From: a virus
Length of the DNA stretch: 64,000 nt
Direction: 5' to 3' (one strand)
Virus record (IMG/VR): IMGVR_UViG_3300031566_000021
Shown piece by piece: positions 53,804 through 62,591 of this stretch (positions within the stretch are counted from its first letter, which is position 1; each line of letters starts with the position of its first letter). The notes under the pieces are model-generated. The model was given only the letters and a program-made list of their open reading frames with translations, did not search any database and was not told the origin of the DNA. Position numbers and translations under genes: made by a program.

Positions 53804-54292
53804 ATGGCAAAGAAAGACAATGCAGCACCCGCAGAAGCCTCAGAAGCCGCCCAGATGGAAGGTGGTGCTGAGAGTGGCGCCCTCGTGGTCGATCTCTCCG
53901 GCGTTTCGGATGAGACCGAACTTCCGGTAATCCCACGGGGGATCTATAATGCGGTCGTCGACGAACTGACCTTTGGCTACAGCCAGAGCTCCGGCAATCC
54001 CATGTGGACCTGGAGGTTCGAGATCCCGGACGGTGAGTATACCGGTCGTAAGCTGTTCTTCCACTCACCTTTCGTGGAGAGCATGCTGCCGCGGGTCAAG
54101 AAGGTCCTCTCGCGCGTTGCGCCAGAGCTGCTGAGCGGTCCATTCGATCCGGAGAAGATTGCGGACGAAGGGGTTCTTCTCGGTAAGGCCTGTCGCATTC
54201 GGGTGGAGATCAAGCCGTATGAGGGCAAGGCACGGAACAACGTGCGTGATGTTCTCGCCTCGGAAGAGGGCGGCGATTCGCAGTTCCTGTAA
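53804..54292 (+). CDS. single-stranded DNA-binding protein (DUF669)
   Basis: IP.G.Y.A.V, S.SGNPM...FEI..GEY.GRK.F, RNNV; acidic tail. Confidence 0.85.
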   Translation: MAKKDNAAPAEASEAAQMEGGAESGALVVDLSGVSDETELPVIPRGIYNAVVDELTFGYSQSSGNPMWTWRFEIPDGEYTGRKLFFHSPFVESMLPRVKKVLSRVAPELLSGPFDPEKIADEGVLLGKACRIRVEIKPYEGKARNNVRDVLASEEGGDSQFL

Positions 54293-54312
54293 GCTACCTA
54301 CTGTACGACTTT

Positions 54313-54408
54313 AGGGATGAACGTGTCAGTAATGGTGCGATAGAGGCCACAACGGAAGTGAACACAGCGCGAACTGCTTCCCATCCCTTCCTACCTTTGA
54401 AAGGATAG
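54313..54408 (+). ncRNA. candidate structured leader of queC
   Basis: Closing stem agggatg/catccct, GUAA-capped hairpin, ggaag/cttcc stem, RBS-occluding hairpin. Confidence 0.3.
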
Positions 54409-54414
54409 TCCAAC

Positions 54415-55134
54415 ATGGACACAACTACCAAGGCCTACGTACTGCTCTCAGGCGGAGTAGATTCATCTACCTGTCTGGGATTCGCTATACGAGAGGTCGG
54501 ACGTCCTCTTGTTACGGCGTACTCCGTCGACTATGGTCAGCGGCACGTTAAGGAAATGGATCACGCAAAGAAGGTTGCCGCCTACTTCGATGTTCCTCAC
54601 ATAGTCTTGGCGCTCCCGGGTATTCCAAAAGTCATGCTGACGGATCCTGAAGCGGAAGTACCAAATGCTGCGTACGCGGACCTTAAGGGGGTTTCACCAA
54701 CATACGTTCCATTCCGAAATGGTCAGCTGATTTCAAGACTAGCTGGAGTAGCTGCTCACGACATCGAGCAACACAACCAGAAGTCGGAGTTCTACGGAAC
54801 GGACGAAAGATGGAAGGGCACATTGTACTTCGGTGCGCATGCGGAAGATGCTGCCGGAGATGCTTATCCGGATTGTAGGTTCGATTTCGTAGGCTCGATG
54901 GCAGCTGCTGTGTACATCGGGTCATATCATTCGCTCCGCCTTCGTGCTCCGCTCATCGAGATGTTCAAGGATGACATCATCTTGGCTGGGATCAAGCTCG
55001 GAGTTCCTTATCACCTGACATGGTCCTGTTACAAAGGCGAGGAGCTTCACTGTGGAACCTGTCCCACCTGCCGAGCAAGAAAAGACGGATTCCGAAAAGC
55101 CGGATTCCCCGACCCCACTCACTACGCCGTCTGA
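54415..55134 (+). CDS. queC: 7-cyano-7-deazaguanine synthase
   Basis: LLSGGVDS, YVPFRN, YPDCR, TWSCY...HCGTCPTC. Confidence 0.95.
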   Translation: MDTTTKAYVLLSGGVDSSTCLGFAIREVGRPLVTAYSVDYGQRHVKEMDHAKKVAAYFDVPHIVLALPGIPKVMLTDPEAEVPNAAYADLKGVSPTYVPFRNGQLISRLAGVAAHDIEQHNQKSEFYGTDERWKGTLYFGAHAEDAAGDAYPDCRFDFVGSMAAAVYIGSYHSLRLRAPLIEMFKDDIILAGIKLGVPYHLTWSCYKGEELHCGTCPTCRARKDGFRKAGFPDPTHYAV

Positions 55135-55284
55135 AAAGCCGACGAAGGTAACAGTACCTCTTATGCCCCGATTTATGGGTGTAGGAGGATTTTCGATTAA
55201 GCTGATGACGGTCCAAGTTCATATGGCCATGCGAGATTGGGCGATTTGGGCTCCGCGTCTGGAAAAGGAAAGGAAGGATAAGAA

Positions 55285-55791
55285 ATGATCACAGCAGAGC
55301 GATACCACGACATCTCTTGCGGGCATCGAGTCTTTGGGCACGAGAGCAAGTGTGCTCATCTTCACGGCCACAACTACCGCATCCATTTTAGGTGCGCCGT
55401 ACCAGCTCTCGATAAGGTCGGGAGAGTGATTGACTTCAGCGTCATGAAGTCCGAGCTGTGTATGTGGGTGGAGGACAACTGGGACCACAAGTTCCTTCTG
55501 TGGCAAGAAGACGATTGGGGTACTACCCTATTCGACTTGGATCCTACTCTCGTCATCCTCCCATTCAATCCGACAGCTGAGAATATGGCTAAGCATCTCG
55601 TAGAGATTGTCGGCCCACTACAGCTGCGGCATTCGGATGTGAACCTAATCTCCTGTACCGTCGAAGAGACCAGGAAGTGCGGAGCTACCTATCTTTGGAG
55701 TGGACCACTCGAGGCTCTGGAAAGCATTAAGGCGCGTGCTCGAGAGTCCGAGAGGAAGTCCTTGGAGGTGGCAAATGCCCAAAAAGGCTAA
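55285..55791 (+). CDS. queD: 6-carboxytetrahydropterin synthase
   Basis: CGHRV...C.HLHGHNY, NPTAENMA, VEET. Confidence 0.92.
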   Translation: MITAERYHDISCGHRVFGHESKCAHLHGHNYRIHFRCAVPALDKVGRVIDFSVMKSELCMWVEDNWDHKFLLWQEDDWGTTLFDLDPTLVILPFNPTAENMAKHLVEIVGPLQLRHSDVNLISCTVEETRKCGATYLWSGPLEALESIKARARESERKSLEVANAQKG

Positions 55792-56407
55792 GGAACCTAT
55801 GGATGGGATGCTCTGGGAGGTTCTCGGTCCAGAGGTTGATAAGATGCGAGAGGTCCTCGAGCTCCTCGGTATCGACCTGGAGGACGAGAACTTTCGTGAA
55901 ACTCATATCCGCTTCGTCAGGTACCTGAAGGAGTATCTTCAGCCCTACGACGTCACCGATGTCCTGGGAATCGACTTCGCAAACCAGAATGCCGTGGGGG
56001 GACATGACTCCTACAAGGGGTTAGTGGCTCAAACGAACATTCCATGGAATACCATCTGTCCACATCATCTCCTTCCTGTTATCGGTCGCTGCCATATCGG
56101 CTACATTCCTAACGATCGTGTTGTTGGGTTGTCCAAACTGACTAGGTTAGCACAGGCTGTGGGTCGTGAGAAGCCACGGATGCAGGAGACGTGCACAGAT
56201 ATCATCGCCGACCAGTTTTCGGAATTGGTCAAGCCTAAAGGTATCGTGGTTGTCATTTCTGCTATCCATGGCTGTATGTCTGGAAGAGGCGTACTAGCGC
56301 ATGAGACACCTACTGTCACATCGACGGTTCGAGGGGTCTTCCGGGATGTCCCACAGGCTCGAGCAGAGTTCTTCGAGCTGGTTAGGATGAACCACGTCAT
56401 ACCCTGA
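55775..56407 (+). CDS. folE: GTP cyclohydrolase I
   Basis: ICPHHLLP, VGLSKL.R, MQE, HGCMSGRGV, TVTS..RGVF. Confidence 0.95.
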   Translation: MPKKAKEPMDGMLWEVLGPEVDKMREVLELLGIDLEDENFRETHIRFVRYLKEYLQPYDVTDVLGIDFANQNAVGGHDSYKGLVAQTNIPWNTICPHHLLPVIGRCHIGYIPNDRVVGLSKLTRLAQAVGREKPRMQETCTDIIADQFSELVKPKGIVVVISAIHGCMSGRGVLAHETPTVTSTVRGVFRDVPQARAEFFELVRMNHVIP

Positions 56408-56411
56408 TAAG

Positions 56412-56456
56412 AGCATCATAAGCCCCTTGATGACCCATATCGAGGTATGCTATAAT
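56412..56456 (+). promoter_or_regulatory. promoter with AGCATCA box variant
   Basis: AGCATCA 56412-56418, 8 nt, TTGATG, 18 nt, TATAAT 56451-56456. Confidence 0.75.
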
Positions 56457-56478
56457 TATAGAAAGGAGGCTTTCTCGA

Positions 56479-57282
56479 ATGTCGCACTATGCTCCCGTCG
56501 TCCCCACTGAAGTCGCTGCGTGGCTCCAGGACGATATCGACTACCTCGGTTCGTATCATCTCATACTGGCGCACGATGTGCTTGACAAACCTGGGGAGTA
56601 TAACCAGATATACAACAATGGTGTCCGGAAGCTGTACAAGGACTCATTCATCATTATGGACAACTCGGTTGTCGAACTCGGTTCGGCAATGGGAATGAAA
56701 GACCTTCTTGAGGCTTGCAAGATCGTTAAGCCAGACTGTCTCGTAATGCCTGATGTAATGGGTGACGGGTTTGCTACCAGAGAGCTGGCAGCAGACTTCT
56801 GCAAGGAGTTCGCTGGGGCGGCTGTAGGGAATCCTGATTTCGACCACATTATCCTAATGGGTGTTGTCCAAGGAGTGTCTCTCGAGGAGTGCTACCACAC
56901 GGCGAGCCTGTATTACACGCTGCCTCTAGTGCGTCACATCGGTGTCCCTCGGGTACTGACGAAGCAATTCGGCACCAGAGCGCAGGTAGTACATAAGATG
57001 ATCTCCGCTCCTCTATTCGATCGGATCCATCTGCTTGGCTTCTCGGACAACCTCCTGGATGACGTCGCTTGTGCTCGTATGCCTGGAGTTGCTGGGATCG
57101 ATTCCGCGGTTCCAGTTCGAGCTGGGCTAGCTGATATCATGCTGACTATTGAGGAGGAGCGTGACTATGGTCCTCGTGGAGACTTCTGGGACACCCTCAT
57201 GGAGATGTGCGATGCGCATGATCATAGCATCACCACGAATATCTCCATGTTCCGTTACTGGATTGGAGACACAGCCCGGTGA
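56479..57282 (+). CDS. dpdA: divergent TGT-fold DpdA-like 7-deazaguanine DNA transglycosylase
   Basis: IMDNS..E.G, MPDV..D...T, MGVVQG, IHLLG, GIDSA.P in TGT order; lies inside the que cluster. Confidence 0.65.
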   Translation: MSHYAPVVPTEVAAWLQDDIDYLGSYHLILAHDVLDKPGEYNQIYNNGVRKLYKDSFIIMDNSVVELGSAMGMKDLLEACKIVKPDCLVMPDVMGDGFATRELAADFCKEFAGAAVGNPDFDHIILMGVVQGVSLEECYHTASLYYTLPLVRHIGVPRVLTKQFGTRAQVVHKMISAPLFDRIHLLGFSDNLLDDVACARMPGVAGIDSAVPVRAGLADIMLTIEEERDYGPRGDFWDTLMEMCDAHDHSITTNISMFRYWIGDTAR

Positions 57283-59801
57283 CAGGAGAAGTCATCCCGA
57301 TTAAGAGGGCTCTTGGGGTAGCTCCAGTCCCGGAGATCCCCAAGTTCATCCCCGAGTTATGCCCTAATTGTCCTCAGGCTGGAGGTCGTAAAGTTGGCGC
57401 TCGAGGCAATCTAAGCGCTCCTCTGGTCATCCTAGGTGAGTCACCCGGAGCTCAGGAACTACGATTCGGAGCCCCTTTTGTTGGTCCTAGTGGTGAACTG
57501 CTAGGTAAGTGTTTGCCGGAGGACTTCGACCTGGATAGAGATGCCTTCATCATCAATGCGATGCAGTGTAGGCCTCCTAAGTACAGCGACCAGAACAGAG
57601 CTAAGGAGTGGAAGAGCCGAGCCTGCTCCGCTTGTCACAATCGCGTGATAGGCCAGATACTATCACACCCGAGGAAGTGTGTCTTAGCCCTAGGTGGTTG
57701 GGCAAATGCTGTCCTGACTGGTGACCATGACTTCAAGATTACCCAACGGAGGGGCGAGCCCTATCCTTTACTGATCCGGGATGAGATCACTGAGGAGGTC
57801 ACCGATGAGGTGATTGTTGTCCCAGCTGTGCATCCGGCCTTTCTTCTTAGAGGCTCTGGTAATCCGATCTCCTTCAAGGCTGATCTCCGGCTGGCTCTCT
57901 CGCTAGCATACCCTGACCGAGTGTCGCATGCGGATGTTCGATCGGACGTCGAGTGGGAGGATCCTGATGTTGCTGTTATGGAGACGCTACCCGATTTACG
58001 TCAGTTCTGGCACAGGTTAAGTGCACAACAAATATACGGAACTATTGAGGTAGCCTGCGATATTGAGACATCGGGCTTCAATGCTTATACAGACTATATC
58101 CTTTCGATAGGCTTCTATACCCCCTTGTTAGAGGACGCCGGCTTCATCATTCCAGGACGGAATCTCGACGATGAACTGTACCGACAGCAAGTCCGACAGA
58201 TATTTAAGATGCCTGGTATTCGCTGGATTTGGCAAGCAGGTAAATTCGACGAAGAGTTCCTGATCGAGAAAGGGCTCATTGACCTTGATGCGGAGATCGT
58301 CCATGAGGATACCTTACTACTGTCCTACGCAATGTCAGAGGCTACAAGGGATCATGACCTCGATGAGCAGGCAAAGAACGATCTAGGAGCACCCAAACAT
58401 AAGGACATGCTGAAGCAGTGGGTGCCTAAGAAGTCGGACTCATACGCTAAGGTTCCTGAGCCGATTCTATTCGACTATCACGCCAAGGACACTAAGAAGA
58501 CTTACCTGGTCTGGAAACATAAGAGGCCTCAGGTACGAGCTGACGCTCACCTAGAGAAGCTGTATACCCAGACACTTATACCTGTGAGCCATCTGCTTGT
58601 TAGGATTCAACGGTATGGAATTCATGTCGATTGGGATTATGTCAGGATCAATCGAGAAGGAGCTACCCAGGAAGATCTCGATAGCGGGTTAGTGATAGAG
58701 CTCGAACCTGGTCTGGAGTTTGAACTCGAAGACACCTTAGGCACTTTGGAGGGGGTGGCTGGCTGGAGAGTCAATCCGAATTCCCCGGCTGAAGTATCGA
58801 AGCTGTTGTACGATCAGTTCAGGCTCGTTATCAAAGGACGTCGTCCGCAGGACACTACGAAGGAGACCTTTGATAAACTTCCTAACCATCCTGCAGTAAA
58901 CCTTATCCGTCGGTATAGATCCTACACCAAAATGCTGAGCACTTACGTGCAGGCAATCGAGGTAAGGGCTCTTGAGGATCGGATCCATACTACATTCAAG
59001 CTCCATGCTACTACTACTGGTAGGCTATCATCTAGTGAGCCGAACATCCAGAACATACCCAGAGGCGCTCGCTGGAGGCGGATGTATTGTGCTAGACCTG
59101 GGTACGTATTGATTGAGGCCGACTATAACTCCGCTGAATTACGGATGTTGGCTGTACTATCACAGGATGCTTTCCTAACTGGCGTATTCCTAGACGGCAA
59201 GCGGAACCTTCACGACGAGGTTAGCATCGCTATGTATGGGGTGAACTTCGATATCGACCAACGCATACGTGCGAAGGCAATTAACTTCGGTATACCCTAT
59301 GGGAGGGAGGCCTTCTCCGTCGCCCAGGAATTCGACATTTCGGGTAGGGAAGCACAAAGGCTAATCGATGCGTGGTTCGAGCGTGCTCCTGAAGCGGCTC
59401 TGTTCCTTAAGAAGTGCCGACGTGCTCCCCTCCAAGGGAAGACACTGATCACAGTGTTCGGACGCAAACGCCGTCCTGGGGTTGTTTCTTCGGAACGGCA
59501 GCACAGTTTGCAGAATGAGTTTGCCAATTTCCATATGCAAAGTCCGATTTCCGACTTCACCCTCCATTCAGCCCTCGACCTTATAGATCCGCTCGAGGAG
59601 CTCGGAGCTGGAATTGTGAACTTAGTACATGACTCGCTACTCATCGAGTGCCCTAATAATCCTGAGGCTATCGGACAGGTGAAGTTGATGGCCAAAACCG
59701 TAATGGAGCATGTACCGACGCAGTGGATTAACACACCGATCAAGTTTGCTGTTGACCTCAAGGTGGGAACACATTGGGGATTACTCGAGAAGGCCGACTA
59801 A
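57279..59801 (+). CDS. polA: family A DNA polymerase with N-terminal family-4 UDG-like domain and 3'-5' exonuclease
   Basis: CPNC, GESPG, FVGPSG, CRPP, HPAF; DIETSG; TGRLSSSEPNIQNIP, DYNSAELR, KAINFGIPYG, VHDS. Confidence 0.95.
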   Translation: MTGEVIPIKRALGVAPVPEIPKFIPELCPNCPQAGGRKVGARGNLSAPLVILGESPGAQELRFGAPFVGPSGELLGKCLPEDFDLDRDAFIINAMQCRPPKYSDQNRAKEWKSRACSACHNRVIGQILSHPRKCVLALGGWANAVLTGDHDFKITQRRGEPYPLLIRDEITEEVTDEVIVVPAVHPAFLLRGSGNPISFKADLRLALSLAYPDRVSHADVRSDVEWEDPDVAVMETLPDLRQFWHRLSAQQIYGTIEVACDIETSGFNAYTDYILSIGFYTPLLEDAGFIIPGRNLDDELYRQQVRQIFKMPGIRWIWQAGKFDEEFLIEKGLIDLDAEIVHEDTLLLSYAMSEATRDHDLDEQAKNDLGAPKHKDMLKQWVPKKSDSYAKVPEPILFDYHAKDTKKTYLVWKHKRPQVRADAHLEKLYTQTLIPVSHLLVRIQRYGIHVDWDYVRINREGATQEDLDSGLVIELEPGLEFELEDTLGTLEGVAGWRVNPNSPAEVSKLLYDQFRLVIKGRRPQDTTKETFDKLPNHPAVNLIRRYRSYTKMLSTYVQAIEVRALEDRIHTTFKLHATTTGRLSSSEPNIQNIPRGARWRRMYCARPGYVLIEADYNSAELRMLAVLSQDAFLTGVFLDGKRNLHDEVSIAMYGVNFDIDQRIRAKAINFGIPYGREAFSVAQEFDISGREAQRLIDAWFERAPEAALFLKKCRRAPLQGKTLITVFGRKRRPGVVSSERQHSLQNEFANFHMQSPISDFTLHSALDLIDPLEELGAGIVNLVHDSLLIECPNNPEAIGQVKLMAKTVMEHVPTQWINTPIKFAVDLKVGTHWGLLEKAD

Positions 59802-59821
59802 CTAACTGAAGGCAGAGCCAC

Positions 59822-60097
59822 ATGAAGACGGATGACCTTGTTTCTATCCCTGATCTTGTTCCTGAACTGGAGACGTATCTCTACGTACATCGTTGCTGGC
59901 AAGACCATGACCTCGCGAAGAGTGAGAAGATGTCGGTTGAGCGAGCTATCAAGCTGTTACGCGAGTGTGCTATGGAGGCAACCAAGAAGCGAACAGGGAC
60001 TCGATTGGCAACTCGTTGTTACAAGCTGCTTGATGCTATTGTCTGCACAAACGTCTCGCCTGTTGATAACGTAGTTGAACTCCCGCGCAGGGGCTAG
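59822..60097 (+). CDS. hypothetical protein
   Basis: 91 aa between polA and queE. Confidence 0.65.
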   Translation: MKTDDLVSIPDLVPELETYLYVHRCWQDHDLAKSEKMSVERAIKLLRECAMEATKKRTGTRLATRCYKLLDAIVCTNVSPVDNVVELPRRG

Positions 60098-60900
60098 TGG
60101 TCATGTTTGGTACAAATCCCGTTCGAAAACAGGATCTGCGTCTAGACCAACCAGACGTAGGAACTCTCGATGTCCATGAAATCTTCCCCACCATTCAAGG
60201 AGAGGGTCCTTTCTCTGGACAGCCTTGTATCTTTCTCCGGCTGTGGGGCTGCAATCTACGGTGCTACTTCTGCGACACAGACTTCGAGACGCGGCGCCTT
60301 AAGATGGATCCGCATAGGATCATGGAGTCCATCGAGAGGACTGCAATGATCAAGGTCAACACCAAGCTGATAGTCATTACAGGTGGTGAGCCGCTGCGCC
60401 AGAACATTCTGCCTCTTTGTGTGTTGGCCGCTACTATGGGCTGGGATATCCAAATCGAGACCGCTGGTACTCTTTGGGTTCCTGGCCTAGAGGAGTTGAT
60501 CCATCAAGGGAGGCTGACTCTTGTGTGCTCCCCTAAGACGGGTAAGGTGGATGATAACGTCGCTAGGTGGTGTACAGACTGGAAGTACCTTGTCCGTAAA
60601 GGCCAGAACAACGAGATCGATGGTCTACCTGACTACTCGACCCAGGAGGAAGGGAAGAAGCTATCGCTGTACAGGCCCACTAAGGACTCCGACACTATTT
60701 GGCTCCAGCCTTGTGAGGAATATGCCGTCGCTAAGATTCCTGTTGCCACTATAGGAGTTTCTGGTACGGACCAAATGGTCACTTCGAAGGCTCGGAACGA
60801 AGGGCGGTCGGAGGAGAACATTATTGCTTGCGGAGCTATTGCTATGGCGCATGGCTACCGAGTGAGCCTCCAAATGCATAAGTACCTTAAGCTTCCCTAA
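60097..60900 (+). CDS. queE: 7-carboxy-7-deazaguanine synthase (radical SAM)
   Basis: EIF.TIQGEG, CNLRCYFCDT, ITGGEPL, IETAG, SPK, SLQMHK; start GTG 60097 or ATG 60103. Confidence 0.95.
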   Translation: MVMFGTNPVRKQDLRLDQPDVGTLDVHEIFPTIQGEGPFSGQPCIFLRLWGCNLRCYFCDTDFETRRLKMDPHRIMESIERTAMIKVNTKLIVITGGEPLRQNILPLCVLAATMGWDIQIETAGTLWVPGLEELIHQGRLTLVCSPKTGKVDDNVARWCTDWKYLVRKGQNNEIDGLPDYSTQEEGKKLSLYRPTKDSDTIWLQPCEEYAVAKIPVATIGVSGTDQMVTSKARNEGRSEENIIACGAIAMAHGYRVSLQMHKYLKLP

Positions 60901-60910
60901 ATCGAGGTCG

Positions 60911-60955
60911 ACCATCATTAGACTCTTGCGGAACCCCTTGTGGTTGATGTATAAT
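60911..60955 (+). promoter_or_regulatory. promoter with ACCATCA box
   Basis: ACCATCA 60911-60917, 8 nt, TTGCGG, 18 nt, TATAAT 60950-60955. Confidence 0.8.
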
Positions 60956-60993
60956 GTTATTAAGTTCACAAGTGTTTTCGAAAGGAAGTTCTT

Positions 60994-61419
60994 ATGAAAC
61001 TAGTACCCGTTAATCCGGACGACTTTCCGGACATTCGAGAAGGTCGCAGAGGGCGTGTGTCATATCCCTTACTCAAGTCGTTCCTGGAGACCAACGAGAG
61101 GCTCGTTATGGTCGATCGCACAGGGATGCAGCAGTCCATGCAAGGACTGACGTCGTGCTTGGGATCGTATATCCGCTCACATGGTTTGCCGATCAAGTTG
61201 ATAACCCGATCGGGGCAGATCTATTTGGCCAGAACGGATATTGACTCCGAGACCAATGAGATCGCTAGTCAAGGTACCATTGAGGACTACTCGAAAGCTG
61301 TTCGTGCTCCGGGTGGTTCCTCTAATGTGGTCGAGATCGAGCACCCTGGGGCGACGCCAATCAATGCAAGCGAGGTGAAGACCCGCTTCGCTGTTGAGAA
61401 GGATCAGGTAGGTAAGTAG
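60994..61419 (+). CDS. hypothetical protein (possible DNA-binding)
   Basis: AAGGAAG RBS; basic RRGR patch and compact alpha/beta N-terminal half. Confidence 0.7.
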   Translation: MKLVPVNPDDFPDIREGRRGRVSYPLLKSFLETNERLVMVDRTGMQQSMQGLTSCLGSYIRSHGLPIKLITRSGQIYLARTDIDSETNEIASQGTIEDYSKAVRAPGGSSNVVEIEHPGATPINASEVKTRFAVEKDQVGK

Positions 61420-62067
61420 ATGTCTGCTGATCCTACCAAGGTGTTGGTAGTTTGTGCCCGTAGATATAATGGGCATGAACTCTGGACTGCTCTCGGTGTT
61501 ATGCAGGAGGCAGGCCTAGAATTCGAGGTTGTATCCCAGGCAAAATACATCGAGGACGAAGTTACGGGGCAACCCAATGTACTCGAACGGAAGGTCTGGG
61601 ATGTCGATCCTTCGGAGATGACCTCGAAGTTCGGAGCTCTTATGCTTGTCTCCGGTAACATGGGAGATACAGAGGCCTACTGGAAGGATAACCATGTCCT
61701 AGGGCTAGTAGAGGCTGCCAATGCACCCCTCCAGCCTATCGCAGCCATCTGCTGTTCCGTTCCAACGATCCGGAATGCAGCACGAGGTAAGGCTGTAAGC
61801 TTCTTCCCTCTTATCCGATCGCGGGAACTTCTGACTAGAGCAGGAGCTATCCTACGTACCGTAGCTTGGACTGTTGATCAGAACTTGGTCACGGCCGAGC
61901 ATCAAATGGCTACCCAAATGTGGGCGGAGGCCTTTGTCGGTATGATTTACGGACGTGAACCTCCAAAGCCGCTACATGATTCTGGATACGTCCCTAAGGG
62001 TCGTCTTGTAAGAACGCCGAAGGTCATCGACGATATGCGTAGGGCAGCCAAGAAGACTACCGAGTGA
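61420..62067 (+). CDS. DJ-1/PfpI family protein
   Basis: N-terminal Glu (GHEL), AL.LVSG, nucleophile elbow IAAICC, VDQNLVTA. Confidence 0.85.
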   Translation: MSADPTKVLVVCARRYNGHELWTALGVMQEAGLEFEVVSQAKYIEDEVTGQPNVLERKVWDVDPSEMTSKFGALMLVSGNMGDTEAYWKDNHVLGLVEAANAPLQPIAAICCSVPTIRNAARGKAVSFFPLIRSRELLTRAGAILRTVAWTVDQNLVTAEHQMATQMWAEAFVGMIYGREPPKPLHDSGYVPKGRLVRTPKVIDDMRRAAKKTTE

Positions 62068-62591
62068 GATACGACCGAGAGTGTTTGTACGACGTCCCGT
62101 GGCAGTTGCTGCGGTTGCAGATGGTAGGTGGTTGGACTATGAGGTCCGGCATATCTACCAATCTAGAACGGCTAAGTGTCTACGTCGATCTGGGGTTCAT
62201 CGGGAAAAACTCGCCTGAGCGGATCTGGAGAGCCCTCAACTGCCTCAATGCCGTTCTCCTCGGGTATGGTCAAGGAGCTGCTCTAGGAAGAGATCCTCCG
62301 GACACTAAGCCATTAGTGGTAGCTTCTCGAGACCTGTTGAGTCTAGAGCACCAGGAAAGGCCTCTAGACACCCTCAAGAAGTGGGATTGGGAACTTGTAC
62401 GGAATGATATGCAGATGCCCACGTGGACCTACTCGGATCTGCGGTACCTCCGAACTAACCTACAAAGACGACTAACATCTGCTAGGAGACGTAAGGTCGA
62501 TCCGAAGGTAACGAGACCTGAGCTGGTGCGCTTCCTAGATATGCTCAACACCGAATTACTTCGCCGTCGGAGGAGCAACCATGGCACGTGA
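62064..62591 (+). CDS. hypothetical protein
   Basis: GTGA-coupled 175-aa ORF. Confidence 0.65.
   Translation: MRYDRECLYDVPWQLLRLQMVGGWTMRSGISTNLERLSVYVDLGFIGKNSPERIWRALNCLNAVLLGYGQGAALGRDPPDTKPLVVASRDLLSLEHQERPLDTLKKWDWELVRNDMQMPTWTYSDLRYLRTNLQRRLTSARRRKVDPKVTRPELVRFLDMLNTELLRRRRSNHGT

Noticed and set aside
54313-54388. tRNA gene (7-bp acceptor-like stem and D-arm-like hairpin)
   Set aside because: No pairing anticodon stem, no TTCGA T-loop and no CCA; kept only as a structured-leader candidate
54293-54414. Canonical preQ1-I riboswitch
   Set aside because: Lacks the short stem-loop followed by an A-rich tail that defines the class
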